Origin: Aureliella sp.
Lineage (GTDB): Bacteria; Planctomycetota; Planctomycetia; Pirellulales; Pirellulaceae
DNA: 64,000 bases
Direction: 5' to 3'
Assembly: GCA_963691875.1 (NCBI GenBank)
Contig: OY829846.1
Location: 416,001-480,000 of the forward strand
The notes beneath the pieces are model-generated. The model had not been told where the DNA came from and did no database searches. It was given only the letters and a program-made list of their open reading frames with translations. Each line of letters opens with the position of its first letter. Within the stretch, counting starts at the first letter, position 1. The translations under genes were made by a program, and so were the position numbers. Shown in pieces: positions 53,407 through 64,000 of this stretch.

Positions 53407-55061
53407 CATTGCGTTGAATGGCAGAGATCGCTCTGTTTTTCCAGCGTTCGTAATAAAAAGCGAATAGATCGAGGCCGTTGTGCTCCGAATCCGCCCTTCG
53501 CAAAAAGTCTGCTCGAACGAACGCCACATCGGTTGCAATCGATCTGCGACGCATATGAGCGTACTCACGGCGAACTAAAAGTGCGTGTGGGCTTGCCTCG
53601 ATCGGATGCAGATTAAGACCTAGACTGAATTGCGACGCGAATGACGAAATGGAAGTGATGTGCTCCAAAGACTGGGTGAATGTGAATAACACATCTGGGA
53701 GTGCAGCGGTAGCACTAGGTTTGGTTCCCTGCCCTATTTGATTCACTAGGCAACGCGGTAAGCCGGCTTTTCCACACGACCAATTCGTTTCCTGCAGTCG
53801 AGTTTGAAGAGCCAAGCCGTCTCTTGCTTAAGGAATAGCGTACGCTTGCACCGCAAGATGGTTTTGATAAGGTTGAGGCCGCACTTAGTTGTAGTGCGTT
53901 ACAACTTTACAAAAAATGCACTCGTGATTCCGTTGACCAAAAGCACTGAGATGGTGAAGGGATTCGGGCCTTATCGTCGGATCGAAAAGTTCGACCTTTG
54001 TGTTCGGATTGGGTGTGTAGCCGGGATGCCGATTGCAATGGATTCCAGCGTCCTTCAAGGTCGCCTCGGAGTCACCTGAGAACTTGGTACCGCCGAGCTG
54101 AAGCACCGATGCAGAGCGATGTGTACTCAAATCCAGCCGGTTGACAAAAGTTTCAGCGTGCTCGACTCGCTAGGCTCATTTCGCATACTCTTGGAGACCT
54201 AGACCTCGCAACTTGCAACGTGCACGAATATGAAGAGATCGTGCTCGATTATGCGGGGACCGCTTTCGGCTTGTTTGGTAAGGAAGACGCATACATACAG
54301 CGTTTCAGCGTAAGCATTGAGATAACCGTCCCAAGTACTGAGGCTGCGGAGTATTTCGGTCGGTCTTGGACGCGAGGGCACGCCTCACCTGTCTCTTACC
54401 TAGAGGCGTTCCGAAGAAGGTTCTGCCGCGTTTTACCTCCCATTCGCCAGTATTAGAGGTTGCCTGGAGTGATGAGCGAGATTCGTTCAGCGATCGCCGT
54501 AAAAGTGGAAAACTGAATTTATTGGGCCGGTCACGTGCTTCAGGACTAACATTAGTTTGGTCAGCAATCATCGTACGACTGATCTGTTTCTCTTCCTTCA
54601 CGTCGGTTGCTCGTCGGCGCGGGAGAAAATCGCGAGCGCTGGCGAGCAAGGCAAGCTACGGATGACACAGGTTGGTCATAAGGGTGCGTTGGTGTAAGCT
54701 CTTAGTGGTTTATCGAGGGAGAGCACCGGGTAGATACCTCGCAGACAGTATGATCACCTGTGCTTTGTCATCCTGTTTTGATGGTGCTTGTAGTCCGACC
54801 ATCGGCGTGAGCTTCCCCTTTCGGCGTTAGTAGAAGATGGCTATCAAATTAACGTCTTCTAGTAAGTCGGTGCGAACCGATTCGCCTCAGTTTCAAATGC
54901 TTTGCCATCGCTGCTCGCCGATCGTAGGCGTCCCTAAATCAGCATGTATCTTGCTTTTGTGGAGTTAAAGAGACGATCTCGCGAGACTCTTATTAATAAC
55001 TGTGTTGTACGGAGAGGTGAACACTAGGCTGTTCGCATTCGAGTAGCTTGACAGGATAACA

Positions 55062-56117
55062 ATGAACCAGCAATTCGGTATCAAGCCACTTCTCTTGTTA
55101 ATTTTAATCTGCTGCGCGTCACCAATCTTGGTAGCGGGGGATGAGCCTACCAAACCGCGTCAGGAGCTGAAGATAAATAAGGTACAAGAGACTTTTACCA
55201 TTGCAGTTTTGCCCGACACTCAGTTCTATGCTGACACTCGACTCAAGCTATCAGCTAAGTGGGGAAATGGAGACTTGCGGCGTTACTTCTTTGAGCAAAC
55301 AAAGTGGGTCCGAGATAACCAGGAACGTCTTAATATTGCTTTTCTCGTCCACGAAGGCGATCTGGTCCAGGCGGATGCACCTGCAGAATGGGAAATCGCC
55401 AGGGATGCAATGTCTGTCCTGGACGGAAAAGTTCCCTACTGCATGTGCCTGGGCAACCACGATATGGGATTCGAGAAAGCTGACAATAATTATGGCGGCA
55501 ATATCGGGGTCAACCGCAGCACACTTTTTAATGCGTATTTTCCTCGGGCGAAGTTCGCAAAACGCCAAGAGTTTGGCGGCACTTTCGATCCGGGTCGCCA
55601 CGATAATTCTTGGTATCATTTCGAAACATCGGGAATGCGTTTTCTCGTGCTATCTATTGAGTGCAAGCCGCGCGACGAAGTATTGGCTTGGGCAAACAAG
55701 ATCGTCGGCAAGCACCCCGATCACCGTGTTATTGTGCTTACGCATGCGTATTTAAATGCGAGTAAATCAAGAAACACTGGCGGAGGAATAAAGGCTAAAG
55801 GCAACACCGGAGAGCAGATGTGGCAAAAGTTTGTCAAGAAGCACCAGAATATCTTCATGGTTCTCTGTGGGCACCACGCTGGAGAGGCCTTTTGCACAGA
55901 TACCGGTGAGCACGGAAACCAAGTTCACCAGATTCTTTGCGACTATCAGCATCTGAAGAATGGGGGAGAATCATGGCTACGCTACATGGTCTTCGAACCG
56001 CGGGCGAATAAGATTAGCATCTACACCTACAATCCTGCACTTAATGAATTCAAAAACGGTCCGTCCAGCAGGTTCGATTTAGAATACCCGATGGCTGCCA
56101 CGCCGCAGAATCCTTAA
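55062..56117 (+). CDS. Calcineurin-like metallophosphoesterase, secreted
   Basis: LPDTQ, HEGDLV, GNHD, THAYL, CGH. Confidence 0.92.
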   Translation: MNQQFGIKPLLLLILICCASPILVAGDEPTKPRQELKINKVQETFTIAVLPDTQFYADTRLKLSAKWGNGDLRRYFFEQTKWVRDNQERLNIAFLVHEGDLVQADAPAEWEIARDAMSVLDGKVPYCMCLGNHDMGFEKADNNYGGNIGVNRSTLFNAYFPRAKFAKRQEFGGTFDPGRHDNSWYHFETSGMRFLVLSIECKPRDEVLAWANKIVGKHPDHRVIVLTHAYLNASKSRNTGGGIKAKGNTGEQMWQKFVKKHQNIFMVLCGHHAGEAFCTDTGEHGNQVHQILCDYQHLKNGGESWLRYMVFEPRANKISIYTYNPALNEFKNGPSSRFDLEYPMAATPQNP

Positions 56118-56293
56118 CCGAAAGAGTATCGGAACTCGCGAGTCCCCTGCCGCCGAACCGATTAGCAACTTTAGATTTTTTTGATCAGCTTCAAGCTCGT
56201 TGCATTTAGGGAGGAGAGCGAACTGAGGACAGTCTGCAGCGTCAGGAACTCACGTCCTCCTCCCCCTTATCCAGCTCGCATTAACCGGATGCC

Positions 56294-56992
56294 CTACCCG
56301 GCATTTCCGTCGCGACGACGGCGAGTCGCAACCAGGCCCAGTGCACCGATACTGAAGATCGCAAGTGAGGTTGGCTCGGGGATTACTCCGGAAGTCACCG
56401 TGACTAGGCTTGCGGCCGGGCCAAATGTCATCCCATCTCTTGACGAGCTACCATCCCAGAATCTCGTAAGACCCGAAGCGATATCTGCATTTGGGAAAGG
56501 AGACGCAAGCAGGTCGGCGACCACGCTGGTTAGCGAGTCGGGATTGGAAAAAAACGAAGGGCCTTCAGTGTCCAAATCGATATCGCCAGCGATGATATTC
56601 GGTATCGCGGAAGTCGCGTCAGTCACCAAGCTTTCGATTTCAAATTCCGTGTCGTCGTCCACTTCGATTTCGACACCGCCACCGTAAAACAATGTCGCAC
56701 CCGAAGTCTTGCCGGTCAGCCTAAGAAATCCGAGTGGATCGTCGAAATTGCCATCACCAGAAGCCGCTTCTATGTCGGGCGTTGCGTCGTTGAAAGTCCC
56801 CTCAAGAATCAGTCGTTCGCCGAGCAAGAATCCCGCGGCCGCTTCTGGAGAACCTGGATCGAGGAAAGTGATTAGGCCGACATCATTGAATTTAAGCGTA
56901 ATCGTGCCTGCGGTTGCTGATGTATTGTCAAAACTGGCTAAAAATGCCAAAGCCGCTAAGCAGGCTAAAGACAGCCGAAATGTTCCCTTCAT
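56294..56992 (-). CDS. PEP-CTERM sorting-domain protein
   Basis: Signal peptide; C-terminal IPEPTSLAIFSIGALGLVATRRRR. Confidence 0.92.
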   Translation of the reverse strand: MKGTFRLSLACLAALAFLASFDNTSATAGTITLKFNDVGLITFLDPGSPEAAAGFLLGERLILEGTFNDATPDIEAASGDGNFDDPLGFLRLTGKTSGATLFYGGGVEIEVDDDTEFEIESLVTDATSAIPNIIAGDIDLDTEGPSFFSNPDSLTSVVADLLASPFPNADIASGLTRFWDGSSSRDGMTFGPAASLVTVTSGVIPEPTSLAIFSIGALGLVATRRRRDGNAG

Positions 56993-57974
56993 TTTTTATC
57001 CTCGTCCGGCTGATTTCGTGACTATGAAGCATTGCACCGTGGAAGTTGGTTTTTCCATACGCCAGCGGGATGCAGTAAACGTGGCAAGCAAATGGTCGAG
57101 ATTTGCTCACGCCCTTCGGAAAACCGACGAAAACGTGGCCAGCCCGCGCCGCAAGCGTCATTCGAGGGGCTCGAAACAGACATATCTTTGCTACCGATGC
57201 CTGACTGCCACGAACGTCACGTCTGACACTCATCCACGCAACCTGGCTCGCGTTCCATCCAGTTCCTCGCCCAACATGGCCGCCGACTCGACAGGCGGTG
57301 TGCCCAGTTGCGTGACAAGTTAGTAGAAGGCGTCGAGGATGTACTAATATCTCCAATGTTGATCACACTGATCGCCGCAATGGTTGGGATCGCAACCTCA
57401 GGCACCGCTTCGGTACAAACGGTCGGAGATACCGGCCTGTCGTTCGAGGCATTCGGAAACGGAAAAATACGGATCTAGACGGCGATCCGCCTCTTCGCTG
57501 TTGATTTGATTCACACTATCGAATTCTGAAAGAATCCAACGGCTATAACAAGAGCATCGTTCGTCCCGGTCTCGGCTATTCTTTCGCAAAATAGCAGGCA
57601 CTGTGGGCGGGCTACGCCTGAATTGGAACATCACCGGTTCTCGGCTGTGAGTTTGTTGAGCACCGATTCTGGCTGCAATCGATTGCGGCCCCCTCAATAC
57701 CAATTGCAGGGTTCTGCATCGGAGGCTTTGTGAACAGCTCTGGGACGAGATAGCGGATGAAGTTGAGTGGCGATGGGGACAACTCGCACAAATATCAGCG
57801 TCATATTGATGGAACATTTGTTTCGGTGAATTGGAGCCTCGGACCACGGCCGCATAAAAATTCTGGCTGACGTTTACTGGCTTGGAGCCGAGATAGACGC
57901 GAATGTTGTCAGCAGCGCTGCACCGACCCAGTGCTACCGTTGGTAGCTCGGTGTTGAACAGTTGGCGGAGATAG

Positions 57975-58800
57975 ACCAGGTGGCTGGGAAATAGGAATTC
58001 AGCAAACAGCCCAGTTCTTCGTGGCCACCCATTTGAATTGCTCTGAAATCGATGGTTTGTGGTGGCTCGGTATCTGCGACGGGAGGAAGATTATTGCGTG
58101 CTGAATGACCTTGCCAAATGTTGTACCAGTCGCCTCCAACTCGCAGAATGCGATCAAGTCGTGCATATGTGACAACGACAAATCCGTTCAAGATTTCGTG
58201 TTTGAGGGTCTGAATTTCGCGTTCAACTTATGCCCGTAAACTGTTGGATACAGGTTTGATTTTTCCGACGCGGCAGTGGGATGGCGTAACACTAAATCAT
58301 ACGTTTCGGTGTACTCTTGCTCATTGTCGCGTGAGAAGGTTACGCAGAGCAGCTCCTTATTTCTTAGATGCATTCAGACGGTCCGTGCTTGCTGTGCATT
58401 CCAGTCAACGGTTGGATTTTCGGTTACCAGTGACACCCAGAGGCGTCGGTTTGCCAGGTCGGTGAACAAGATGAAATAAACGCGGGCCATTCCTGTGATG
58501 GTCCATTTTTCCTTGCAGGCGAATTTACATTGCAACATGGCCTCGGCATCGCGATTTGTGAAGGAACCGCAATTGTCAGAATCGCCATTGTTGTCCGGTG
58601 GAGCGATGACTTCGGTTGCCAAGATGTTGTTGACTGTTTTACGCGAGATCGGTTGACCGAACGGTGCCAGGCCCTGTCTGATTTCGTTGTTTATACCCAT
58701 CCTGTTTTTTCGCATCCGAATAATACTGCGGATGCTGTCAGCAGTTACGGGGCGTCCAGTTTTATCTTTTCGGGCGGCGTGCGTTATCTTGAAGTCCCCA
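57975..58800 (-). mobile_element. Heavily degenerate integrase-core-domain transposase
   Basis: Fragments KTGRPVT..ISRKTVNNIL, KEKWTITG..YFILFTDLANRRLWVS..NPTVDWNAQQAR, WYN..HSARNNLPP, LGCLLNSY, spread over several frames. Confidence 0.8.
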
Positions 58801-58844
58801 CACTTCCTTCGCTGCTGTAGGCTGAGTAAGAGTGTCTACCGTTA

Positions 58845-60935
58845 TTACTTTGAAATTCCGCTCGTTTCCTTCGTCGTTGTCGAATCCTGAGGTTTTCTCT
58901 TCTCCTGCCGACGTGCTGTCATCGATATTGCTTCCAGTTCACGTTCACTCAGGACACGTTGCCACACCTTGACTTCGTCGATCAGGCCTTCGTAGTTTCG
59001 CCCCTCGCCGGCGCGGTGACCGCCGATGATCAGTCCACCGAACTCGGAAGCCGGCCCGGGTGTTGGGAGATTGTGTGTGGCAACCGGCTTTCCATTCAGG
59101 AAAAGCGTCAGCGACTTCGAGTTGAATGTCACCACGACATGATTCCATTTGTTCAGCAATTGTTCTCGATCAACCAGTGTGTCGAACGGTCCTTGGGATT
59201 GTGCGTTCGGTGCAGCGTCCGGTTCGACAGCAGGTTTGAGTGTGTGAGTGAACAGTTGCAGGTTTACTTTTTCTTGATTCGATGTGGCACGCAGTCCGAG
59301 AGACAGATGCCATGCACTGCTTTCTGATGGTTTCCCTTCGGCCGTGCTTTCCATCAGGAACGACCGAACATCGGAGCCATGTGCAGGTAATTCGGTAGGC
59401 TTGATCCAGAGTGATACCGTATGGGAATCCGAGTTGTCGTTGAGAAAACTACGTGGAACATTCAGATGCTGCCGCCTGGAAGCGTCGAACTGCACAGCAC
59501 TGCCAGAAATGCCGCCAGTGACAATCTTTGCGCCATGAATCGACTGCGCGTTGATGCGATGGCCGAGAGACGAATCGTTTGAGAAGTCTTTGTCGAATGA
59601 CCAGTGAGCGCGAAGGTCGGCATCGGCATCTTCTTTCACCGGTGGAGTTATGTGAGAAAGTGAAAGTTCTACCTTTCGATTGATTTTTTCGTCAGGTTGT
59701 CGGAATTCGGCGATCAGTTTTGGATCACCGCGTGTGCTATCGGCGGTCAGCTTCAGGAACTGCCAACCTTCGACCAGCGACCATTCCAGCGACGGGTGAT
59801 AGACATCTAGGGAAGTGATGACTCGCTGGTGGCCAGGCGAGATTACAAAATCGTGCAGGTCATAGCCGACTCGCTGCGGGTGAATCAGGTGTCGGGCAAC
59901 GTGGATGTCACCGCCTAACAGCACTACACCACCGATCTTGTTGGCCTTGATAAAGTCGAGCAGCGCATCACGTTCATACCAGTACGTGAACATGTCGTCT
60001 GATTCCGGATTCTTCTTGTCCTGCCAGATGGAGCCGGTCGCGAGCACCTTGAAGGGCGCCTTCGAGTCGCTTAGGTTCTTCAAAAGCCACTTCCACTGTT
60101 CATGCCCGAAGCAGGTAGGCTGCGTCTTGTCAGCGGGCGACGGTTCGGTCTGCGAGAAGTAACGCGGGTCGAGCAGGAAGATTTCCATCATCCCGAGATC
60201 GACTTTGTGGTAAACGCCCTCCGTTCCGTTGCCGAACTGTGAATGAGCACGGTATTCGACGAAACCACGACGCGTGTCGCCTTTTCCCTCCATCATGTTA
60301 CGTCCATTGCCGTTGTTACGACCGAAGTCATGGTCGTCCCATGTTCCGATAATCGGTGTGTGCGATCCGAGTGATACCAGATCGGGCATCTGCAAAAACT
60401 TGCGATGTCGGTCGCGGACTGTGCGTAAGTTTGAGCTGTCGATGTACGGTGTGTCTCCCATCAGGCAGACCGTGTCGACTTGCAGTTTCTCCATCTCCTT
60501 CCAGATGCCGTTTGGTTCGATGTCGACACAGGACACAAACGCTACCGAAACACGATTGCCTTTACGGGCCGGGTTGGCGGTCGTGAATGAATGAGCTTCA
60601 TCCACTGCGACGATTACACGCCCGTCCGCATCTTCGATTCTGTACGAGTATGTTGTCGCGGCCTTCAGCCCCCTCACGGCGAACCGAGCAACGAAATCGT
60701 TTTCGCTGCTGGAGACTCCAGCTACTCGTTGAACCAGTTGTCCTTCAGTCAGGACCGACAGATGCAAACTGGTTTCCCTGGCCCCAGGGCGGTACAGGAT
60801 GTGGGCCGTGGTCGACTCGACTGTCCCGACAATCGGCCCAACAACTTCTTCATTTGCCTGCGCACACGAGGCAGCGAGCGACAAACGCAATCCGTATAGA
60901 ACGGCCAGTGAGATCAGACGATTCCAGGTACTCAT
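58845..60935 (-). CDS. PhoD-like alkaline phosphatase with C-terminal LamG/concanavalin domain
   Basis: MGDTPY, TWDDHDFG, LLDPRY, GDIH; C-terminal WNHVVVTF, GLIDEVKVW; start placed at MSTWNR. Confidence 0.9.
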   Translation of the reverse strand: MSTWNRLISLAVLYGLRLSLAASCAQANEEVVGPIVGTVESTTAHILYRPGARETSLHLSVLTEGQLVQRVAGVSSSENDFVARFAVRGLKAATTYSYRIEDADGRVIVAVDEAHSFTTANPARKGNRVSVAFVSCVDIEPNGIWKEMEKLQVDTVCLMGDTPYIDSSNLRTVRDRHRKFLQMPDLVSLGSHTPIIGTWDDHDFGRNNGNGRNMMEGKGDTRRGFVEYRAHSQFGNGTEGVYHKVDLGMMEIFLLDPRYFSQTEPSPADKTQPTCFGHEQWKWLLKNLSDSKAPFKVLATGSIWQDKKNPESDDMFTYWYERDALLDFIKANKIGGVVLLGGDIHVARHLIHPQRVGYDLHDFVISPGHQRVITSLDVYHPSLEWSLVEGWQFLKLTADSTRGDPKLIAEFRQPDEKINRKVELSLSHITPPVKEDADADLRAHWSFDKDFSNDSSLGHRINAQSIHGAKIVTGGISGSAVQFDASRRQHLNVPRSFLNDNSDSHTVSLWIKPTELPAHGSDVRSFLMESTAEGKPSESSAWHLSLGLRATSNQEKVNLQLFTHTLKPAVEPDAAPNAQSQGPFDTLVDREQLLNKWNHVVVTFNSKSLTLFLNGKPVATHNLPTPGPASEFGGLIIGGHRAGEGRNYEGLIDEVKVWQRVLSERELEAISMTARRQEKRKPQDSTTTKETSGISK

Positions 60936-60939
60936 TTCG

Positions 60940-62085
60940 TTAGTCTGTTTCGTGTATTGTTTGCAGAAGCTTGAGAAGTTGGTCTTGGGTCGCGCGGCGG
61001 GGATTGTTCGATAGACGCTCGATGTTGACGGAATCGACGATGCTTTGCATTTCATCGGATGTCTTGACGCCAACCTCATCCAAGGTTGTCGGGCAGTCTA
61101 TTTTCGAAAGAAGATTTTTGATCGAATCAGTAGCTTCGTCGACGTTGTCGCTTCTCAGAATATCGAGAATTCGCGACATGCGGTCCCGGACGGCGATTGC
61201 TCCACGCGGATCAGTGCAGTCGTCATCAGTCACGCCGGCGTTGAAAGCGAGCGTGGGCGCTAGTGTGATCGCAACAGCCATTCCATGCGGGACACCATGT
61301 CGCGAAGTGAGCGCATAAGAAAGCGCGTGGGGCGCCGTGGTCTTCGTGATGTTGATGCCCTTGCCGGCGAGATGCGACGCGCGACTCATTGCTTCACGGG
61401 CGTCGGGCGTCGGAGAATTGGTCGCCGCTACCAGGTTGCCGAATGCAAGCCGTGCTGCCTCAGTAGCATACTGCATCGACTCTTCCGTCGCCGCGACGGC
61501 CCAGATCGATTCAATCGCCTGACAGAAGGCGTCGAGTCCTGTCGCGGCCGTCATTCGTTTCGGCAGGCTCATGGTCAGTGCTGAATCGACGACAGCGTAG
61601 CGCGGCATCAACGACGGATGGGCCACGGAATGCTTGTCACCATCGACGTAAACGACAGCAAAGTGAGTCGTTTCGCTCCCAGTCCCAGCCGTTGTCGGAA
61701 TCGCCATCAATGGCTTACCGGCAACCTGAATCGAGGCCAGACCGATTGCGATGTCACGCGCCGACTCATGCTGGATGGCGAGAGCGCCGATCAGCTTCGC
61801 AAGATCGATCGCCGTGCCGCCGCCCAACGCGATAACGAAATCAGGTTGGCATTTTCGATAAGCCTCGATCCCTCGCTGCACATCCTCCAGCTTCGGATTC
61901 AACTCGAAATCAGTAAACCAGGTAGTCGCTCTCTCTTGAAGTATTGGCTCGAGGATTTCTCTTGCCCCTGACGCTTGCCAGGCTGGTTCATCAACAACCA
62001 GAAATAAGCGATCGGCCGGCAGAGCTTCCAGTACGGACGAAACTTCGCTGATGGAGCCGATCGGTCGATGCTGCTCGGCGATCAA
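60940..62085 (-). CDS. Iron-containing alcohol dehydrogenase, phosphonoacetaldehyde-reductase-like
   Basis: GGGTAIDLAK, IPTTAGTGSETTHFAVVY, QAIESIW, AGKGINITKTTAPHALSY, ERLSNNP. Confidence 0.85.
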   Translation of the reverse strand: MIAEQHRPIGSISEVSSVLEALPADRLFLVVDEPAWQASGAREILEPILQERATTWFTDFELNPKLEDVQRGIEAYRKCQPDFVIALGGGTAIDLAKLIGALAIQHESARDIAIGLASIQVAGKPLMAIPTTAGTGSETTHFAVVYVDGDKHSVAHPSLMPRYAVVDSALTMSLPKRMTAATGLDAFCQAIESIWAVAATEESMQYATEAARLAFGNLVAATNSPTPDAREAMSRASHLAGKGINITKTTAPHALSYALTSRHGVPHGMAVAITLAPTLAFNAGVTDDDCTDPRGAIAVRDRMSRILDILRSDNVDEATDSIKNLLSKIDCPTTLDEVGVKTSDEMQSIVDSVNIERLSNNPRRATQDQLLKLLQTIHETD

Positions 62086-62239
62086 ATGAATTTCTCCAGC
62101 GCTGGATGAGTCTTACTTTGATGGATCCATATGATGCACTAATGTTAACTAATAGTAAACACAGGGCCGTCAACAGACCGTCAGAGCGCGAGTTCCGCAT
62201 TCATTCAATCAAACTGTCACACCACCAACAGGTTTTTTC

Positions 62240-62420
62240 TACGTGGTGGCGGATGCTGCTGACAACGATGTTCTGGTACCCGTTTGGGTAGGCGGGTTGG
62301 CAGACGTTCGGGTTTGCCATCCCCGGTATTGAGCAAGAGCTAGGGATCTCCGAATCAATGCTGGGCTGGCCTAGTGCAATTTGGTTTTGGACCGATGCCA
62401 TAGGGCGATGGATTCGAAGA
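62240..62420 (+). pseudogene. N-terminal remnant of an OPA/GlpT-like MFS transporter
   Basis: WRMLLTTMFWYPFG*AGWQTFGFAIPGIEQELGISESMLGW..AIG, in frame across TAG 62289-91. Confidence 0.5.
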
Positions 62421-62823
62421 GACGCGACTGCAGCGGCTGAATCAATCAGCGAGCAGCATGATCGACGTAGCAAATTACTGGTATCCAGTTAATGCTTTCA
62501 TCATTTTGGATTTGCAGGTCACGTTTAAGCTGCGAAAGATTGGGGGCACACTTGAATACAAACGCGGGCCAAATTTCCTTTAACGAATAAAATCGTTGAA
62601 AAGCTTTTTGCGAGGTCTCCCCGCGACTCGTGAGACCCTCTGCATACAGCAGGCGGACATTGAATGCATGGGCCAGTCTTACTCAACGAATACTGGACAA
62701 AAGAACCAACTGATCGTGGCGAGCGCAAATTAAGGCATTACGCTCGCCAAGCCGACCAGTTGAAATAAATCATCTTAAACAGACTTGACTAGTTTTACGC
62801 CAGCACGAGTAGTTCAAACATGA

Positions 62824-64000
62824 TCAAGTGGTTTTCAAGAGGAAGTTCGTTGGCTCGAGGGGCTCACTCGTATTGACCTGATAGCCAATATTCACCCTTC
62901 CACTCGGTGCGACCGACGCGTTCCATGACAAAGCTCGAAGGCGGTATCGCGTACCCACATGGCTCACGATTTGTGCCCCCCAAATGTTGTCAATCTGATG
63001 AGGTGAATCGAATTCGAGTTCCCAACCATTCCACGAATGCTCACCGTTGTTGGTGATCACAATCGATGCGACGTAGCCTGTCCCCCACTGACTAGAAACA
63101 CTCCACGCGATATCACCACTCGATCCTGCGGAATCATTGTTCTGAATCGTCCCAATCGCCGAGTTATCAACCAACTTTGCATTGACAACCTGACTCAAGG
63201 CAAGCTCAAACGTTTCATCTGCTTCAAAGGCTGTATCACCCTTTACCAGCACCTCAATCGTCTTCTCCATTTCACCTGCCAGGAAAGTCAATGTCCCTTG
63301 GGTTGGTACGAAGTCCTCAGCAGCAACGGCTGTCACACCGACAGTTGAGTAATAAACCGAAGTGAGCCCGCCCTCGGGAACCGCTTTCGAAAGCTTGATA
63401 GTGAATGACAGTGCCTCGGTGCCAGCATCAGGTTCAACTATGGCAGAATCACTGACCGTCATTTCAATGGTGTCATCACCGGAGTCATCGTTTCCTCCCT
63501 CGCGCTGGCCGTTGATCGTAATATTACGCGGGCTGGTCACGACATTCCCTGGATTACCACTGAATCCGAGCGTCACACTCGCACCAGGCTGAACCTTACC
63601 ATTCCAGCTCTCATTTTTTACGACGTAATGTTGTCCGGAATGGTCTACCAACTTCGAACTCCAGAAGTGTGTCAGGTTGTGCTCCCAATCGAACTCAACC
63701 TCCCAACCATCCCACGCCTGATCCGTACGATTGGTCAGTTTCAATTGGCCGGTGAATCCGGTCCCCCAATCGTTGACAGTTCGATATTCAGCGGAGTTAT
63801 TAGAAGAACCTAAATCGTCATTCTTGATCGTGATGGTTGCCACACCCTTTGCGATCACAGCGTTCTGCGGCGATGAAAGTTCGACCGTCAGCGTCTCGTC
63901 ATTCTCCACGTTGACGTCACCATTGACGTTCAGTGTGATTACAGCCGACAGGTTTCCGGCAGGAATCGTCAAGGAACCCATTTTGCTTTCATAGTCAGAA
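62824..64000 (-). CDS. C-terminal part of a large Calx-beta/CBM2-repeat protein (5' end beyond window)
   Basis: Alternating Calx-beta (GTLTFLAGE..KGDTAFEADETF) and CBM2 (NDWGTGF..W.VEF..SWNG) modules. Confidence 0.9.
   Translation of the reverse strand, partial: SDYESKMGSLTIPAGNLSAVITLNVNGDVNVENDETLTVELSSPQNAVIAKGVATITIKNDDLGSSNNSAEYRTVNDWGTGFTGQLKLTNRTDQAWDGWEVEFDWEHNLTHFWSSKLVDHSGQHYVVKNESWNGKVQPGASVTLGFSGNPGNVVTSPRNITINGQREGGNDDSGDDTIEMTVSDSAIVEPDAGTEALSFTIKLSKAVPEGGLTSVYYSTVGVTAVAAEDFVPTQGTLTFLAGEMEKTIEVLVKGDTAFEADETFELALSQVVNAKLVDNSAIGTIQNNDSAGSSGDIAWSVSSQWGTGYVASIVITNNGEHSWNGWELEFDSPHQIDNIWGAQIVSHVGTRYRLRALSWNASVAPSGRVNIGYQVNTSEPLEPTNFLLKTT

Noticed and set aside
54190..54665. Possible RAYT/IS200-like transposase remnant
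   Set aside because: Only a faint resemblance; no HUH motif could be found
56181..57323. Long antisense ORFs (56181-56687, 56709-57323) and similar shadow ORFs across the window
   Set aside because: They lie opposite well-supported genes and have no recognisable motifs
60936..61079. 48-aa N-terminal extension of the PhoD ORF
   Set aside because: Overlaps the ADH gene; the ATG at 60935 gives a proper signal peptide

Overview
The window looks like a Planctomycetota chromosome segment. This is inferred from DUF1501/DUF1552/DUF1553/DUF1592 operons, an ECF sigma plus Ser/Thr kinase pair, and many sulfatases and sialidases. It is a patchwork of intact carbohydrate, sulfate and phosphate utilisation genes with many decayed gene fragments between them. 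Two features stand out. (1) At 2.3-9.0 kb (- strand) is a complete, rearranged mycosporine-like amino acid (MAA, UV-sunscreen) operon: mysB-mysC-mysD-HAD-TauD-mysA. It has a long divergent-type DDG synthase, a TauD-family oxygenase and a HAD protein lacking its motif I aspartates. (2) An unannotated non-coding element of up to ~285 bp occurs in five diverged, co-oriented copies (~1.8, 9.7, 28.2, 32.4, 48.2 kb). It has TGTGCA...TGCACA-like ends, nested hairpins and an 11-6-11 palindrome, and two copies bracket the MAA operon. Also present: two decayed integrase-core transposases, a pseudogenised kinase-FGE-hydrolase fusion, a BlaI/M56 pair with a repeat tail, two enzyme fusions, and an orphan phosphonoacetaldehyde-reductase-like gene next to a PhoD-LamG gene. 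No rRNA, tRNA or CRISPR array was seen. All assignments come from reading motifs by eye; no searches were run.
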